This document shows, one piece after another, positions 14,140-26,918 of a stretch of DNA of 64,000 bases. Made by a program: the position numbers and the translations under genes. This DNA is from Octopus vulgaris (taxonomy: Eukaryota), in assembly GCA_951406725.2 (NCBI GenBank), contig OX597837.1, positions 43,028,001 through 43,092,000 on the forward strand. The letters are read 5' to 3'. Below the pieces are notes generated by a model. That model ran no database searches. It was given only the letters and a program-made list of their open reading frames with translations, and was not told where the DNA came from. Each line of letters begins with the position of its first letter. Position 1 is the stretch's first letter.

Positions 14140-14292
14140 ATTTTTTTATTGCCCACAAGGGGCTAAACATAGAGGGGACAAACAAGAGCAGACAAAGGGA
14201 TTAAGTCGATTACATCGATCCCCAGTGCGAAACTGGTACTTAATTTATCGATCCCGAAAGGATGAAAGGCAAAGTCGACCTCGGTGGAATTT
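14140..14292 (-). mobile_element. SINE family A, 5'-truncated unit
   Basis: Matches the 184-bp unit; abuts the mariner fragment. Confidence 0.8.
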
Positions 14293-14746
14293 GTTTGTCC
14301 CCCAAGATCAGTTCATGAATTTTCGTGATGTTTTCATTCGTTCGGGAGGTCAGCCGTTGCCCTGAACGAGGTTGGTCTTCAAGCGACAAGTGACCATTCT
14401 TAAAGCGTGAAAACCACTCGCAAACTTGTGTTTTGCTCATGGCAGCGTCCTTGTAAGTTGTTTGAAGCATGACATCTGTTTCGGCCACCGTTTTCCCCCA
14501 GCAGAAAACAGAATTTCACGGAAACACGCTGTCCCTTCGTTTCAGCCATCGCAAAAATCAACGAACAGGGAAGAAAGACAGCAAAAAAAAAAGACGCACC
14601 ACGTGGCAACATGAGTGCATTGGACGACACCGGTCGGCAAACTGATTCCTGAGGGTCGCATCAAGTGGCTTCTAGCGGCGGAATCCTGAACTACATTGAG
14701 CTTGTCCCACAGAGAACGTCTCTGGTTAGTTTTGAGTACCTCTTCG
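14293..14746 (-). pseudogene. mariner transposon 5' fragment: TIR plus frameshifted N-terminal HTH region
   Basis: MAETKGQRVSVKFCFLLG / AETDVMLQTTYKDAAMSKTQVCEWFSRFKNGHLSLEDQPRSG, a typical mariner paired-HTH N-terminus (W..RF..G...LED..RSG). The end TA|CGAAGAGGTACTCAAAA resembles mariner TIRs. Confidence 0.85.
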
Positions 14747-14780
14747 TATATATACATATACAAAAAACATCACTCTCTCT

Positions 14781-14840
<60 letters not shown>

Positions 14841-14846
14841 TATATA

Positions 14847-15003
14847 TAGTAAAATAAATTACTTTGCCGCATACTGAACTCAGTAATTTATTTTACTAAG
14901 CCCTTTTATATAATGTAATAATTTGAATTCGCCTTAAATGGTCCCTTTGCATACTGAATACTTGGTGAAATTGATTAATTAATTAATTTTACCTCAATTG
15001 TTG

Positions 15004-15005
<2 letters not shown>
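14847..15005 (+). mobile_element. Family F repeat with 5' inverted segment, between (TA)n tracts
   Basis: Homologous to 11790-12000; 17-bp inverted repeat 14847-14863 / 14882-14898. Confidence 0.6.
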
Positions 15006-15048
<43 letters not shown>

Positions 15049-15054
15049 TATATA

Positions 15055-15278
15055 TTGGGTTGTTCGGAAAGTTCATGCCGATTTATAGTAGCTTACCTTT
15101 CGACTTACCCTCCCAGGCACCTCATTTCTGGGAAGAGGCTATTTTCAAGTTAAAGGAAAGATGGAGATGCGTTGTGCAACAAAATAGTTCATATTTGGTT
15201 GATTAAAAATTAATGGCAAGTATTTATTGACCTTTTTCTTCCCTTTAAAAATCGGCACGAACTTTCCGGACAACCCAA
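15055..15278 (+). mobile_element. Internally deleted mariner (MITE-like) with both TIRs and TA target duplication
   Basis: TIRs TTGGGTTGTTCGGAAAGTTCATGCCGATTT / AAATCGGCACGAACTTTCCGGACAACCCAA. The interior encodes the mariner C-terminus HFWEEAIFKLKERWRCVVQQNSSYLVD*. Confidence 0.9.
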
Positions 15279-15287
15279 TATATATAT

Positions 15288-15353
<66 letters not shown>

Positions 15354-16139
15354 TCTAATTTAACCAATGTTTGTGATTTGGAAGTAGTTATTTCAATGAA
15401 TAACGGCAGTAACTTATATTCTGTGAAACCTAATTCATTTCAAGATCATTTTGCAATAAGGATAACTTCTTACTGATCAAAAGAAAGCCGATGGCTAAAC
15501 GTTCCATTTCTTTAAAAAAACCCCAGATATATTTTAGGAGAGTTGTGGCATATATCATTTAGAATCCTTCGAGGTATGAATAATTCGATAGCTCTAGTTT
15601 TCGGTACGACCAATAGTACACCTGGGGGGGGGCGAACATTATTGTTGAACTGGACATTAACGGAATAGATTAGAAATGTTTTCGAAAGGTAATTATTACC
15701 GGCAGGATATTTATCTTAAAAATAATGCAGTTAGAAATATGAGGAAAAATTATGTAAATGTTATTGGATAGGTTTTGGAGGTTAAATTCGTTGATGGAAG
15801 TTGTAAAGTTCTTACAGCTGACTTTAATTTCCATCCTATCGAAACGCTTATGATATTCATAATATATTGGAAAGCGTAGAGAAATTAAATTTAAGCTGTC
15901 TCTGGCAATATGAGATCAGCATTTAGAATAAATATTGGATTAGGTTATAGAAGATGTGTTTGTCTGTCTCACGCTTGGGGAAATTAATGTGAATGGTATA
16001 TTGTATTTCATTACTGAAACCGCTATTACGAAGTGCCTGCTTATAATAACGAAGAGGACTATTAGATCCAGCTTCCTATCGAGATAATGATAAACGCTAC
16101 CCAGTCTTTGCCAATGTTAGATACGACAACACACACACA

Positions 16140-16705
16140 CGACCGACCGACTGACCGACCGACCGACCGACCGACCTACCTACCTACCTACCTACCTACC
16201 TACCTACCTACCTACCTACACACCTACCTAATACCTATTTCTTTACTACCCACAAGGGGCTAAACACAGAGAGGACAAACAAACAAGGACAGACAAACGG
16301 ATTAAGTCGATTATATCGTTCCCAGTGCGTAACTAGTACTTAATTTATCGACCCCCAAAGGATGAAAGGCAAAGTCGACCTCGGCGGAATTTGAACTCAG
16401 AACGTAACGGCAGACGAAATACCGCTAAGCATTTTGCCCGGCGTGCTAACGTTTCTGCTAGCTCGTCGCCTTCCTACCTACCTACCTACCTACCTACCTA
16501 CCTACCCCACCTACCTACCTACCTACCTACCTACCTACCTACCTATCTACCTACCTACCTACACCCACCCAACCACCACCTACCTACCTACCTACCTACC
16601 TACCTACCTACCTACCTACCTACCTACCTACTTACCCACCCAACCACCTACCTACCTACCTACCTACCTACCTACCTACCTACCTGCCTACCTATCTACC
16701 TACCC
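16140..16705. repeat. (CCGA)n/(CCTA)n tetranucleotide arrays flanking a SINE-A copy
   Basis: Directly visible. Confidence 0.9.
16230..16472 (-). mobile_element. SINE family A, head plus one unit, inserted in (CCTA)n
   Basis: Near-consensus match to family A. Confidence 0.9.
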
Positions 16706-16936
16706 GGTAGAATCGCCGGGTAAAATGCTTAACAGCATATCGTCCGTCTTTATGTTCTGAGTTAAAATTCCGCAGAGGCCGACATAACCTTTAATCTGTT
16801 TGGGGATCGATAAAGTAAGTACCAGCTGGAAGCTAGGTCGATGTAATCGATTTTCACCGCCACCGAAATTACTGGCCTTGTGCCAAATTATGAAACCAAT
16901 ATAGTTTATTTATCCGCCCAATATTCAATTTATCTC

Positions 16937-17522
16937 AGGCGACGAGCTGGCAGAAACGTTAGCACGCCGGGCGAAATGCTTTGCGGTATTTCGTCTGCCG
17001 CTACGTTCTGAGTTCAAATTCCGCCGAGGTCGACTTTGCCTTTCGTCCTATCGGGGTCAATAAATTAAGTACCAGTTACGCACTGGGGTCGATGTAATCG
17101 ACTTAATCCGTTTGTCTGTCCTTGTTTTTCCCCTCTGTGTTTAGTCCCATGTGGGTAGTAAAGAAACATATTTCGTCTGCCGCTACGTTCTGAGTTCAAA
17201 TTCCGTTGAGGTCGACTTGGCCTTTCATCCTTTCGGGGTCGATTAAATAAGTACCAGTTACGCACTGGGGTCGATACAATCGACTTAATCCGTTTGTCTA
17301 TCCTTGTTTGTCCCCTCTGTGTTTAGCCCCTTGTGGGTAGTAAAGAAATAGGTATTTCGTTTGTCTTTATTTTCTGAGTTCAAAATTCCACCGAGGTTGA
17401 TTTTGCCTTTCATCCTTTCGGGGTCGATAAATTAAGTATCAGTTGCGTACTGAGGTCGATCTAATCGACTGCCCCACTCCTCCAAAATTTTAGGCCTTGT
17501 GCCTAGAGTAGAAAAGAATATT
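16937..17522 (+). mobile_element. SINE family A tandem array (head plus 3 units, last unit with alternative tail)
   Basis: GTATTTCGTC-type restart recurs at ~16986, 17170 and 17352. Confidence 0.9.
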
Positions 17523-17534
17523 CTATTTAACTTT

Positions 17535-17990
17535 AGAGCAGTGGGCCGGTAGAGTCGTTAGCAGGCTGGGTAGAATGCTTAGTGACATTTCGTCCGACCT
17601 GATCCGAGTTCAAATTCCACCGAGGTCGACTTTACCTTTAATGTTTTCGGGGTCGATAAAGCAAGTACCAGCTGAGCACTGGGGTCGAAGTAATCGACTT
17701 ACCCCTCACATAAAATTGCTGGCCTTATGCCAAAATTTGAAAAATCAATATTAAAATTTTTTTTTTTTTCTATATTAGATATTAAGTTTGAGAGCTGGCA
17801 AAACCGTTACCACGTCGGACGAAATGTATAGCGATATTTCTTCCGGCTCTTCATGTACTGCGTTCAAAATCTGCCGAAGCCAACTTTGTCTTTCATTCTT
17901 ACACCTTCGATGAAATAAGGGAAACCAGTCAAGTACTAGGGTCGATGTAAACGTCTTGTCCCCTTCCCTCCCCTCAAAACTGCGGGCCTC
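17535..17990 (+). mobile_element. Two older SINE-A-related copies
   Basis: Diverged matches to GAGTTCAAATTCCACCGAGGTCGACTTT..GGGGTCGA. Confidence 0.65.
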
Positions 17991-18348
17991 GAATTCTGCA
18001 ACAGACCTTGTGACCTCGGTCACTTGTTCATAACAGAAACCGGATAAGCAGCGGTTGTTAGGATGAAAAGATTTTGATGTTGTTCTTTTAGTCTCTAACT
18101 GGTTTCAATCATTGGAATGCGGCCATGCTGGAGCAACGCTTTGACAGATTTAGTCGACTTCATCGTTTCCAGTACTTATGTCAGACTCGGTACTTAGTTT
18201 ATCAATGTCTACTTCTCTACTCAATCACTTACAAGACACAACACAAAACAACAAACACACATCAAAAGTTCAGCATCTATGTATATATGCACCATGTTTA
18301 GATATGCAATTATATGCACGAGAATACACACGCAAAGGAAAATATACA

Positions 18349-18443
18349 AATCGACTTCGGCGGAATTTGAACTCAGAACGTAAAGACAAAATAGCGATAA
18401 GCATTTCGCCCGGCGTGCTAACGATTCTGCCAGCTCACCGCCT
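18349..18443 (-). mobile_element. SINE family A head fragment
   Basis: Reverse complement of head and B-box. Confidence 0.75.
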
Positions 18444-18744
18444 GAGATAAATAGAATATTGGGCAGATAAATAAACTATATGCACTGACTCTGGTACAGC
18501 ACATATACACACAAGCACGCACAAATACCTTGTTAATGAGGAAATTCCAATGAAGGAGCCTTGGGTCTAGGTTAGAAACCGGCACATTCTCTATTGGTAA
18601 GAAATCTTGAAATAAAACTGAATAATTACACACACAGACACACACAGACACACACTCACACACACACACAACACACACACACGCACGCACACACAGACAC
18701 ACACGCACGCACACACACACGCACACATACACACAGACACACAG

Positions 18745-18777
<33 letters not shown>

Positions 18778-19446
18778 CACACTGGCACACGCACGTACCT
18801 GTCTCTCACTCCTCCCTCTCTCTGTATATGTATATATATATGTGTGTGTTTGTGTATGTGTGTTTGTGTATGTGTGTTTGTGTGTGTTTATGTATCATGG
18901 TAATTTCATATTTATATATTCAATATTATTCATTTATCTATTCGATATTATGCTTATCTGCTCAATATTATATTTATATATTCAGTTTTGTTGTCTTCTT
19001 TCTCCTTTAACATTTCAATTTGAAACTCATCAGCTTTTTGCACCTTCCGCCAACACCACCTCCGCACTTTCCCACTTTATTTATTTATCTATTCCATAAA
19101 AGGCAACACTAACATAGCCGCAGCAATCTCATGTGGTTGTTACCTTCGAACTATTTTATTGCTAAATAATTTAATTTTACGCCAGCAACAAATGAATGAT
19201 TATATATTTTATTTTTACGAAGTAAAACTTGCATCACGTTCTCGATATGTACAGTTAAAGCTACAGAAATCATTGATGAGATCAAAATAAATCCGAAACG
19301 TATTTCAAATTGTCTCCCTTACTTTCTAGTTAAATTAATGTAATATCAGTCAATGACTAGTATATATGTGTATATATATACATATATAGGAGATATACTT
19401 GCATAGCAAGTGACTTGATCTGAGATCGTCTGAAACAAAAACAAAA

Positions 19447-19522
19447 GCAAAACCTTGTGCTGACAAAACCTTGTGCTGACAAAACCTTGTGCAAAACCTT
19501 GTGCTGACAAAACCTTGTGCTG
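19447..19522. repeat. 16-bp minisatellite (CAAAACCTTGTGCTGA) x ~5
   Basis: Directly visible, with one shortened unit. Confidence 0.9.
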
Positions 19523-19524
19523 CA

Positions 19525-19567
19525 TCAGTGAACAGGTCGCGGTTTCAAAGCGACGAAAATCTTTTGA
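19525..19567 (+). ncRNA. Putative minimal type I hammerhead with covarying G3-C8 core (family D)
   Basis: UCA-GUGAACA-G-GUCGC-gguuucaaa-GCGAC-GAAA-AUCUUU-UGA: perfect 5-bp stem II before GAAA, 3-bp stem I, C3G plus G8C swap. Confidence 0.55.
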
Positions 19568-19845
19568 CACAAATTAAATTTAAATGTTGATGTGAATCTA
19601 ACGGTTTTTTCTGTGTTCTTAAATGGCTTATAAATATCTTCCATGCTGCAGTTGTAGTTGTGTATATATGTATATATACAAATGTATATATAAGGGCAAA
19701 AGAAAAGATTTCTATGCCAATATGTTGATAAATAGACTTTAAATCGCCAGACACCACATACAATATACATCACTGTAAACACACATCGTGCATTATTTAC
19801 ATTATTCACATTCAACGCATATTTGCCCTCATCTTGTTTGTTGTT

Positions 19846-19891
19846 AACACAACGTTTCGGCTGATATACCCTTCAGCCTTCTTCAGGTGTC
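19846..19891 (-). ncRNA. Minimal type I hammerhead ribozyme motif with canonical core (family HA)
   Basis: GACAC-CUGAAGA-A-GGCUGA-aggguaua-UCAGCC-GAA-ACGU-U-GUGUU: intact boxes, 6-bp stem II, 5-bp stem I, palindromic ACGU helix III. Lies in a repeat (19790-19893) homologous to 51345-51520 and 53757-53900. Confidence 0.75.
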
Positions 19892-19956
19892 TTCGTGTTG
19901 AATCGAGAGAAGCAAGCTAACAGAATTTTTTTTTTAAATGCGTCATCTCTGTCTGC

Positions 19957-20123
<167 letters not shown>

Positions 20124-20136
20124 ACTAACTAACTAA

Positions 20137-20184
<48 letters not shown>

Positions 20185-20844
20185 ATATCTGTCTGTCTGT
20201 CTGTCGTGTCTGACCATCCATCTGCCTATCCATACACTATTGCGCCTATACTCATTCTGATCATTCAAACGTATTCTATTATTCCGGCCATTTTCAGTAT
20301 ATATTTCTACCAACCATGTCTGAACTATTTAAACTAAAATTCAGATTTCGCGACAGTGAAATTCTTCCAAGAAGTGCAACTCTTCATTAGCTGTTAACCT
20401 GCTAACGTCATTAATATCTATCACCTGTTTAATCGCCGGAGTTAATTAATCATCTTTTGAGTGTCGGCACACTTTAGACAGTGTGTCACGCCGGTTGATA
20501 CATAAATTATTACCAAGGCAAAATCAATCATACCTGACATCTGTTTGCTTTCTTTTCAGCTGTCCACCTCGGATAATTATTTACAAACCTTGGCCAGAAT
20601 TTACAACGAAACGATTGCATTTAATTATATCGTTTAATTAATTGTCATCCAGCTGATTAAGACGATATCGTTGCTTATTGTTGCGATAATTATCAGCAGG
20701 ATGACATAAGTTATTGTACTGGCATTTGGCGTTCTCTTAATTTAAAGGCAGAAGAAAGATGTCAGTCGGTTCCAGAAGATGTTTAGTCTCAATTCTGTTA
20801 GTGATGTTGTGATGATTCCACTGATACAGCACCGTAATCCGTTG

Positions 20845-21550
20845 ACTCAGATAATCTCTTAACGAAGGTGATATAAGCTCTCAGCGGTATAAACTCTCAA
20901 CGGTATAATCCCTGCATGAGAGAAGCTCTCAACGAGATAACTAGACCAAATAACCTCTACAAAGTCATAGGCTTTTAATGAGATAACCTTCCACCGAGAT
21001 CAGCTCTCAACGAGGTAATTTCGTAACGCCAGACTAGATGCCCTCTTCAAAGAGAGAAGTTTTTAATAAGATGATCTACCACCGAGATAATCTCTCAACG
21101 AGGTAATGTCGTAACGTCAGACTAGATGACCTCTTCAAAGTGATAAGCTATTAATAAGATGATCTCCCAACGAGATAATCTCTCAACGAGATAATTTCGT
21201 AACGGCAAACTAGATGACCGCTTCAAAGTGATAATCTATTAATAAGATGATCTCCCACCGAGATAAGCTCGCAACGAGATAATTTCGTAACGTCAGACTA
21301 GAAGACCTCTTCAAAGTGATAAGCTTTTAATAAGATGATCTCCCACCAAGATAAGCTCTCAACGAGATAATTTCTCAATAACATAATCACAAAATGAGAT
21401 AAGACCATAAGATAAGCCTTCAACATAGTAAGTTCTCAACGAAACAAACTCTTCAATGAGATAAACTTTCAATAAGATCTCTCAAGAAGATAAGCCTTCG
21501 ACAGGAAAATCGGACAAATCAAACCTTTATAGAGATAAACTCTAAGCCAG
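20845..21550. repeat. 16-bp monomer minisatellite with 88-bp higher-order repeat (about 20975-21375)
   Basis: AATAAGATGATC recurs at 21065, 21153, 21241 and 21329 (period 88); monomer ~CAACGAGATAAGCTCT. Confidence 0.9.
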
Positions 21551-22424
21551 ATAAAGATAGGCTCAGCTCACAGAAAGATGACATTAAAAACAAACATGTA
21601 GCTATGGATATTGGTCTGAAAATAAATAGCTCCAAGTCTAAAGCTACAAATTGATGATCCAAATATTATTTTTGCTATCACACAAAGAGAAGTCAAACGT
21701 TTTTAGATTTTGGTATAACACCAGGACTCAGTGAAACGTAACTATTCAACACCCTCTGTCAGTCACCTATTGGAAATATACCCGTGTATCAAAGATCTAC
21801 ATCATCGTTACAGCAATAAGAAATGAGAAAATAAAAATTTTAACGTGAAATAACTTCGTAAATATAAGTTTTTCTCAAAAACGCTAAGAGTAAAAGATGT
21901 TTTATATGACACATTCTACCAGTGTCCGAAGTTTGAAGTTTTTAGTTACAAAAAATTATATATTAAATCTGTCTGTCAAAAGGTAAAGATCTAAATATAT
22001 GTTTACTTTAAATACACGCTTTATAAAAGTATGTACTTTTTAAAGACATACTTTATAATGTGACATTCGCTATAAAAAATTACGTTAATGAAGATATGCT
22101 TTACAGGAAGATATTCATTAAATGACACATTTTATAAAATAATAAATATATACTTTATATACAGAACCTAACAAGTGTTTTCCACATTGGATAAGGTCTG
22201 TGAATTATTAATTTCTGTACACGATTCTATTTTCTCATACCAACAAATGTGCAAGCTTGCGTACCTACTTAATGACTCCAGACACGATAAAACAGAAATA
22301 ACGCAGACCTATTTTGTAGCCTTTACGCACAGATATTTCTAAAAACATGGCGGCGCGCATACACATTGATAATACATAAACAAATACAATAAGTACACAC
22401 AAACACTCACACATTCATGCGTAG

Positions 22425-22463
<39 letters not shown>

Positions 22464-22464
<1 letters not shown>

Positions 22465-22845
22465 TAGCAGTATCGCCCGGCGTTGCTCAGGTTTGTAAAA
22501 TAACTATAAAGCATTTTTAGAGAGTTATAGCCAAAAAATAGCAAAAAAATGGAAAAAAAATGATGGTAAATTTTTTTGAGAGTTAAAAAAGGTGGAGTTG
22601 CGTCCCCTAGACGGTCTGTGGTTTGGGTTTCTGATTCTCGACCCCATGTCGAATTTATCGATTTTTTTTCAGAACTGGGGGAACTTTTCAAAATTTTCGC
22701 TGCGTTAGTTTTGAATTATGACATTGGGCTATGTGTGTGTGTGTCAAGTTTCATCAGAATCGGTTGAAAGCCGTGGTCAGGGTGAGGGTACAAGCAAACA
22801 GACACACAGAAACACGCACAGACAAACTGCCGTTTATATATATAT
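22464..22845 (-). mobile_element. Non-autonomous Helitron-like element
   Basis: Minus strand ends ..CCTGAGCAACGCCGGGCGATACTGCTAG|T (imperfect GC hairpin upstream of CTAG). The 5' end merges into (TA)n. Confidence 0.55.
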
Positions 22846-23099
22846 ATATATATGCATATGGAAGATAAGGAATAGCGAACAAACTGCATAACTTAATTTC
22901 CAGTTCATTATATTCTCTGGAAAGTTGAAGCTGCACTCCGTCGCATCGGCTGATCTATCAACCAGTTTCAAACTCTACACCTAAGGCTGCAGATACTCAT
23001 ATCTGGCTAATTGTCAGCGACTGGAGTTTTCTTAAATAACGTCGCTATCATTTCCTTTGTTTCGCTTACGTACATACATGCATAGATAACACACGTACG

Positions 23100-23366
23100 T
23101 ACATGCGTAAATATATATACACACAAACACACAGATAAATATATATACACATATATATATATACACATATATATATGTGGATCTATTTACATATATACAT
23201 ATACATATACATATGTATATATATATATATATACATATATATGCATGTGTGTATATATATATCTATATATACATACACAGATATATATGCATATATATAT
23301 ATATACATAGATATATATGCATGTGTATATATATACATACATATATATGCATGCATATATCTATGT

Positions 23367-23402
<36 letters not shown>

Positions 23403-23429
23403 GCATGCATATATATACACATAGATATA

Positions 23430-23473
<44 letters not shown>

Positions 23474-23560
23474 AGTATATGCATGTATACTTGGGTGAGT
23501 AGGTATGTGTGTGTGTGAGAGAGAGATAGAGAGCGAGTGTGTTTGTGTGTGTGTGTTGTT
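23100..23560. repeat. (TA)n-rich degenerate microsatellite
   Basis: Directly visible. Confidence 0.9.
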
Positions 23561-23844
23561 TTATTCTCTTTTTCTCCAAGTTTAAATATTTGCTCTAATA
23601 TGATTTCATTCTTCCCATGAGATCTGAACGTAACTTTGTTAGGAAAAATACATCGTTATTTGTATTTGGAGACGAAGATATCTAAGAGTAAGGCGTACTT
23701 TTATTTCATACGTGAGAACACAGAAAACATTGTCACTGCACAATAGCTGAATGATCGATAAAAGAAATAGCAGTAATGCAATGAGAATGTATTAATGCAA
23801 CTTAGTACTTAAGCCTGGTGAAGGTGTCTAGCCTAATGGTTAGT

Positions 23845-24610
23845 AAGGCGGCGAGCTGGCAGAATTAGCGGTATTTCGTCTGCCGTTATGTTCTGAGTTC
23901 AAATTTCGCCGAGGTCTATTTTACCTTTCATCCTTTCGGGGTCGATAAATTAAGTACCAGTTACGCACTGGGGTCGATGTAATCGACTTAATACCTATGT
24001 CTGTCCTTGTTTGTCCTCTCTGTGTTTAGCCCCTTGTGGGTAGTAAAGAAATAGGTATTTCGTCTGCCGTTACGTTTTGAGTTCAAATTCCGCCGAGGTC
24101 TATTTTACCTTTCATCCTTTCGGGGTCGATAAATTAAGTACCAGTTACGCACTGGGGTCGATGTAATCGACTTAATACCTATGTCTGTCCTTGTTTGTCC
24201 TCTCTGTGTTTAGCCCCTTGTGGGTAGTAAAGAAATAGGTATTTCGTCTGCCGTTACGTTTTGAGTTCAAATTCCGCCGAGGTCAACTTTGCCTTTCATC
24301 CTTTTGGGGTCGATTAAATAAGTACCAGTTACGCACTGGGGTCGATGTAATCGACTTAATCCCTTTGTCTTTACTTGTTTGTCCCCTCTGTGTTTAGCCT
24401 CTTGTGGGTAGTAAAGAAATAGGTATTTCGTCTGCCGTTACGTTCTGAGTTCAAATTCTGCCGAGGTCGACTTTGCCTTTCATCCTTTCGGGGTCGATTA
24501 AATAAGTACCAGTTGCGCACTGGGGTCGATATAATAGACTTAATCCGTTTGTCTGTCCTTGTTTGTCCTCTCTGTGTGTAGCCCCTTGTGGGCAGTAAAG
24601 AAATAAGAAA
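23845..24610 (+). mobile_element. SINE family A tandem array: head plus four 184-bp units
   Basis: GTATTTCGTC starts at 23871, 24055, 24239 and 24423 (exact period 184). Confidence 0.95.
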
Positions 24611-25183
24611 CCGAGTATGGGTTTCTTATAGGCCATAGAAGCCCTATCAATCCTAAGACCCGAGACAATAAAACCACTTAATCAAAGACAGACACTTGTC
24701 TTTTTCCTTTCATTCTAAACTTACAATGAAGATCAAGAGTTAGTGGATAAAATGCCAGCAACTCAGGAAAATAATTCTTTAGATGATATCCTATTTCCAA
24801 GCTACACCTGCTTGTTATCGCTTGCTTTCCCTTTGAGTTTATTTAAAATTTAGTCTGCGAAAAAACCCCCCAAAAAACCGTGCTCTAGGCCTTACTTTAA
24901 CAGTTCCTTTGATGATAGTGAAATCAATGACTTTTATGTTCCACTTCAAAAGCTAAGCAATAAAATAAAAATCCACGGATATGGGAATAATTCAAGAATG
25001 ATAGTGTTCTGGAGAGGACTGTGAATTGCGTAGTGTCGGGTTATCTATTTCTTATCCTTTACTTCTTTCATTTAATGGACTCAACTTATATCGGAGCGCC
25101 GTTTCCAAGCATTCCACAGACGCAATTCTCAAGATGATTCAGCGTGATCCAGGGTATGACAAGACCGTTACCTTTTCAATAAC

Positions 25184-25577
25184 ACTCTTTACTCTTTTAC
25201 TCTTTTACTTGTTTCAGTCATTTGACTGTGGCCATGCTGGAGCACCGCCTTTAGTCGAGGAAATCGACCCCGCGGCTTATTCTTTGTAAGCCTATTACTT
25301 ATTCTATCGGTCTCTTTTTGCCGAACCGCTAAGTGACGGGGGACGTAAACACACTAGCATCGGTTGTCAAGCGATGTTTGGGGGGGACGAACACAGACAC
25401 ACAAACATATACACATACATACATACATACGACGGGCTTCTTTCAGTTTCCGTCTACCAAATCTACTCACAAAGCTTTGGTCGGCCCGAGGCTATAGTAG
25501 AAGACACGCAGTGGGACTGAACCCGGAACCATGTGGTTGGTAAGCAAGCTACTTATCACACAGCCACTCCTGCGCCT
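25184..25577 (-). mobile_element. SINE family B, full length
   Basis: Reverse complement match to the family B consensus. Confidence 0.9.
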
Positions 25578-26649
25578 AAGTAACAAAATTAAATTTTTCC
25601 TTGTCTTTGGTCAGTAAGTGTTTTTTCTTATTTGCTTCTATCTAGAAATCGAAGGAAATGACTACTGTTCCCTTCACACTTTGCATTTGCGATTTGGAAA
25701 TGGATTTATTTTCCATTACATTTCAGACAAATTCAGTGTTGAGTTACTGAAGTAGAAATATCGTTATAGCAAATATTCTGCTCAATACCACAGAATTGCT
25801 TGTGAACCACTTGAGCATGTCCATTATGGGCTGACAATATGTGCATCTCTGATCATGAGCAGGAATACTGGGGGAGCATCATAGCCATGTGAGTATGTCC
25901 GTGTCATGCATCAAAAACTACTGTCGCCCCAAAATGTTCAGCGTCCAGTCAGCCGTGCCAACTCGGCGAAACAGCTGCGCCAGGTAGTCTCATTTTTTTT
26001 CTCACGATTTGCGACGGGTACGATGACTGATAAGACATCATGCATATACCATGAAATGTAGATTATACATGGCATTGCTTCACCATTGTAGCTTTTAAGC
26101 GGTTAACATCTTTGCGTCGCCGCTCCCCACAGGAATATCATCGCCGTTGGCGTCTTACATCTTAATTTTCTCTTAAAGCACAAGCAACATTTAAAAACTG
26201 GTCGTTGAGGGTACTCAACTGTAAGTGTCGGTGCTAAAAGAAGCCCAGGGGACATCAATGTCAATCTATCAAATCGATCCCGGTGATTGAATTGTACTTT
26301 ATTGTTATTCGCCTTTGATAAAAATGAAAAAAAAAACCCCAAAACAAACAATGTAACGTTGGTGGGATTTGAACCGGGAAGTTAAACGAACTTTTTGTCA
26401 GACACTCTACCCGTACTGGCACACACCGTTTGAATTTTACTTAGAAATAATCAAGAAAACTTAGTGAATTGAAGTGTACTTATACCCCCCCCACACACAC
26501 TCACTGTTACACTTACATACTACACACACACGCATATATATGCATGTATATATATATATGCATAATGAACATATATATATATACATATATATATATACAT
26601 ATATATATATATGTATATATGTATATGCGTATATATATACATATATATA

Positions 26650-26696
<47 letters not shown>

Positions 26697-26702
<6 letters not shown>

Positions 26703-26918
26703 TTCGAGACAAAACCACTATTTTGCAAAACAAACAAGGAAAGACTTAATCAATAAATAAAAATTTTTAATATAAAGAAATAAACCGCCACTACAATCGT
26801 TTCATGTCTTCATAAATAGTGGTTTTGTCTCGAATAATATATAATATTTTACTATAAAATTGGATTTAATCCTAAATCTGATTTTTTCCCTGTAAATTTG
26901 GATTATTCCCTAATATTT

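Noticed and set aside
15640-16100. Coding-like stretch (FRINIGLGY...) faintly reminiscent of a Polinton/adintovirus PolB N-terminal region
   Set aside because: Multiple stops and only a short motif resemblance; it needs a translated profile search to support.
20544-20640. Strong acceptor-like TTTGCTTTCTTTTCAG followed by a 25-codon frame
   Set aside because: No matching donor or recognisable peptide; such sites are common by chance in AT-rich DNA.
20845-21550. CRISPR-like periodicity
   Set aside because: No unique spacers between repeats, eukaryotic context and no cas genes; it is a minisatellite.
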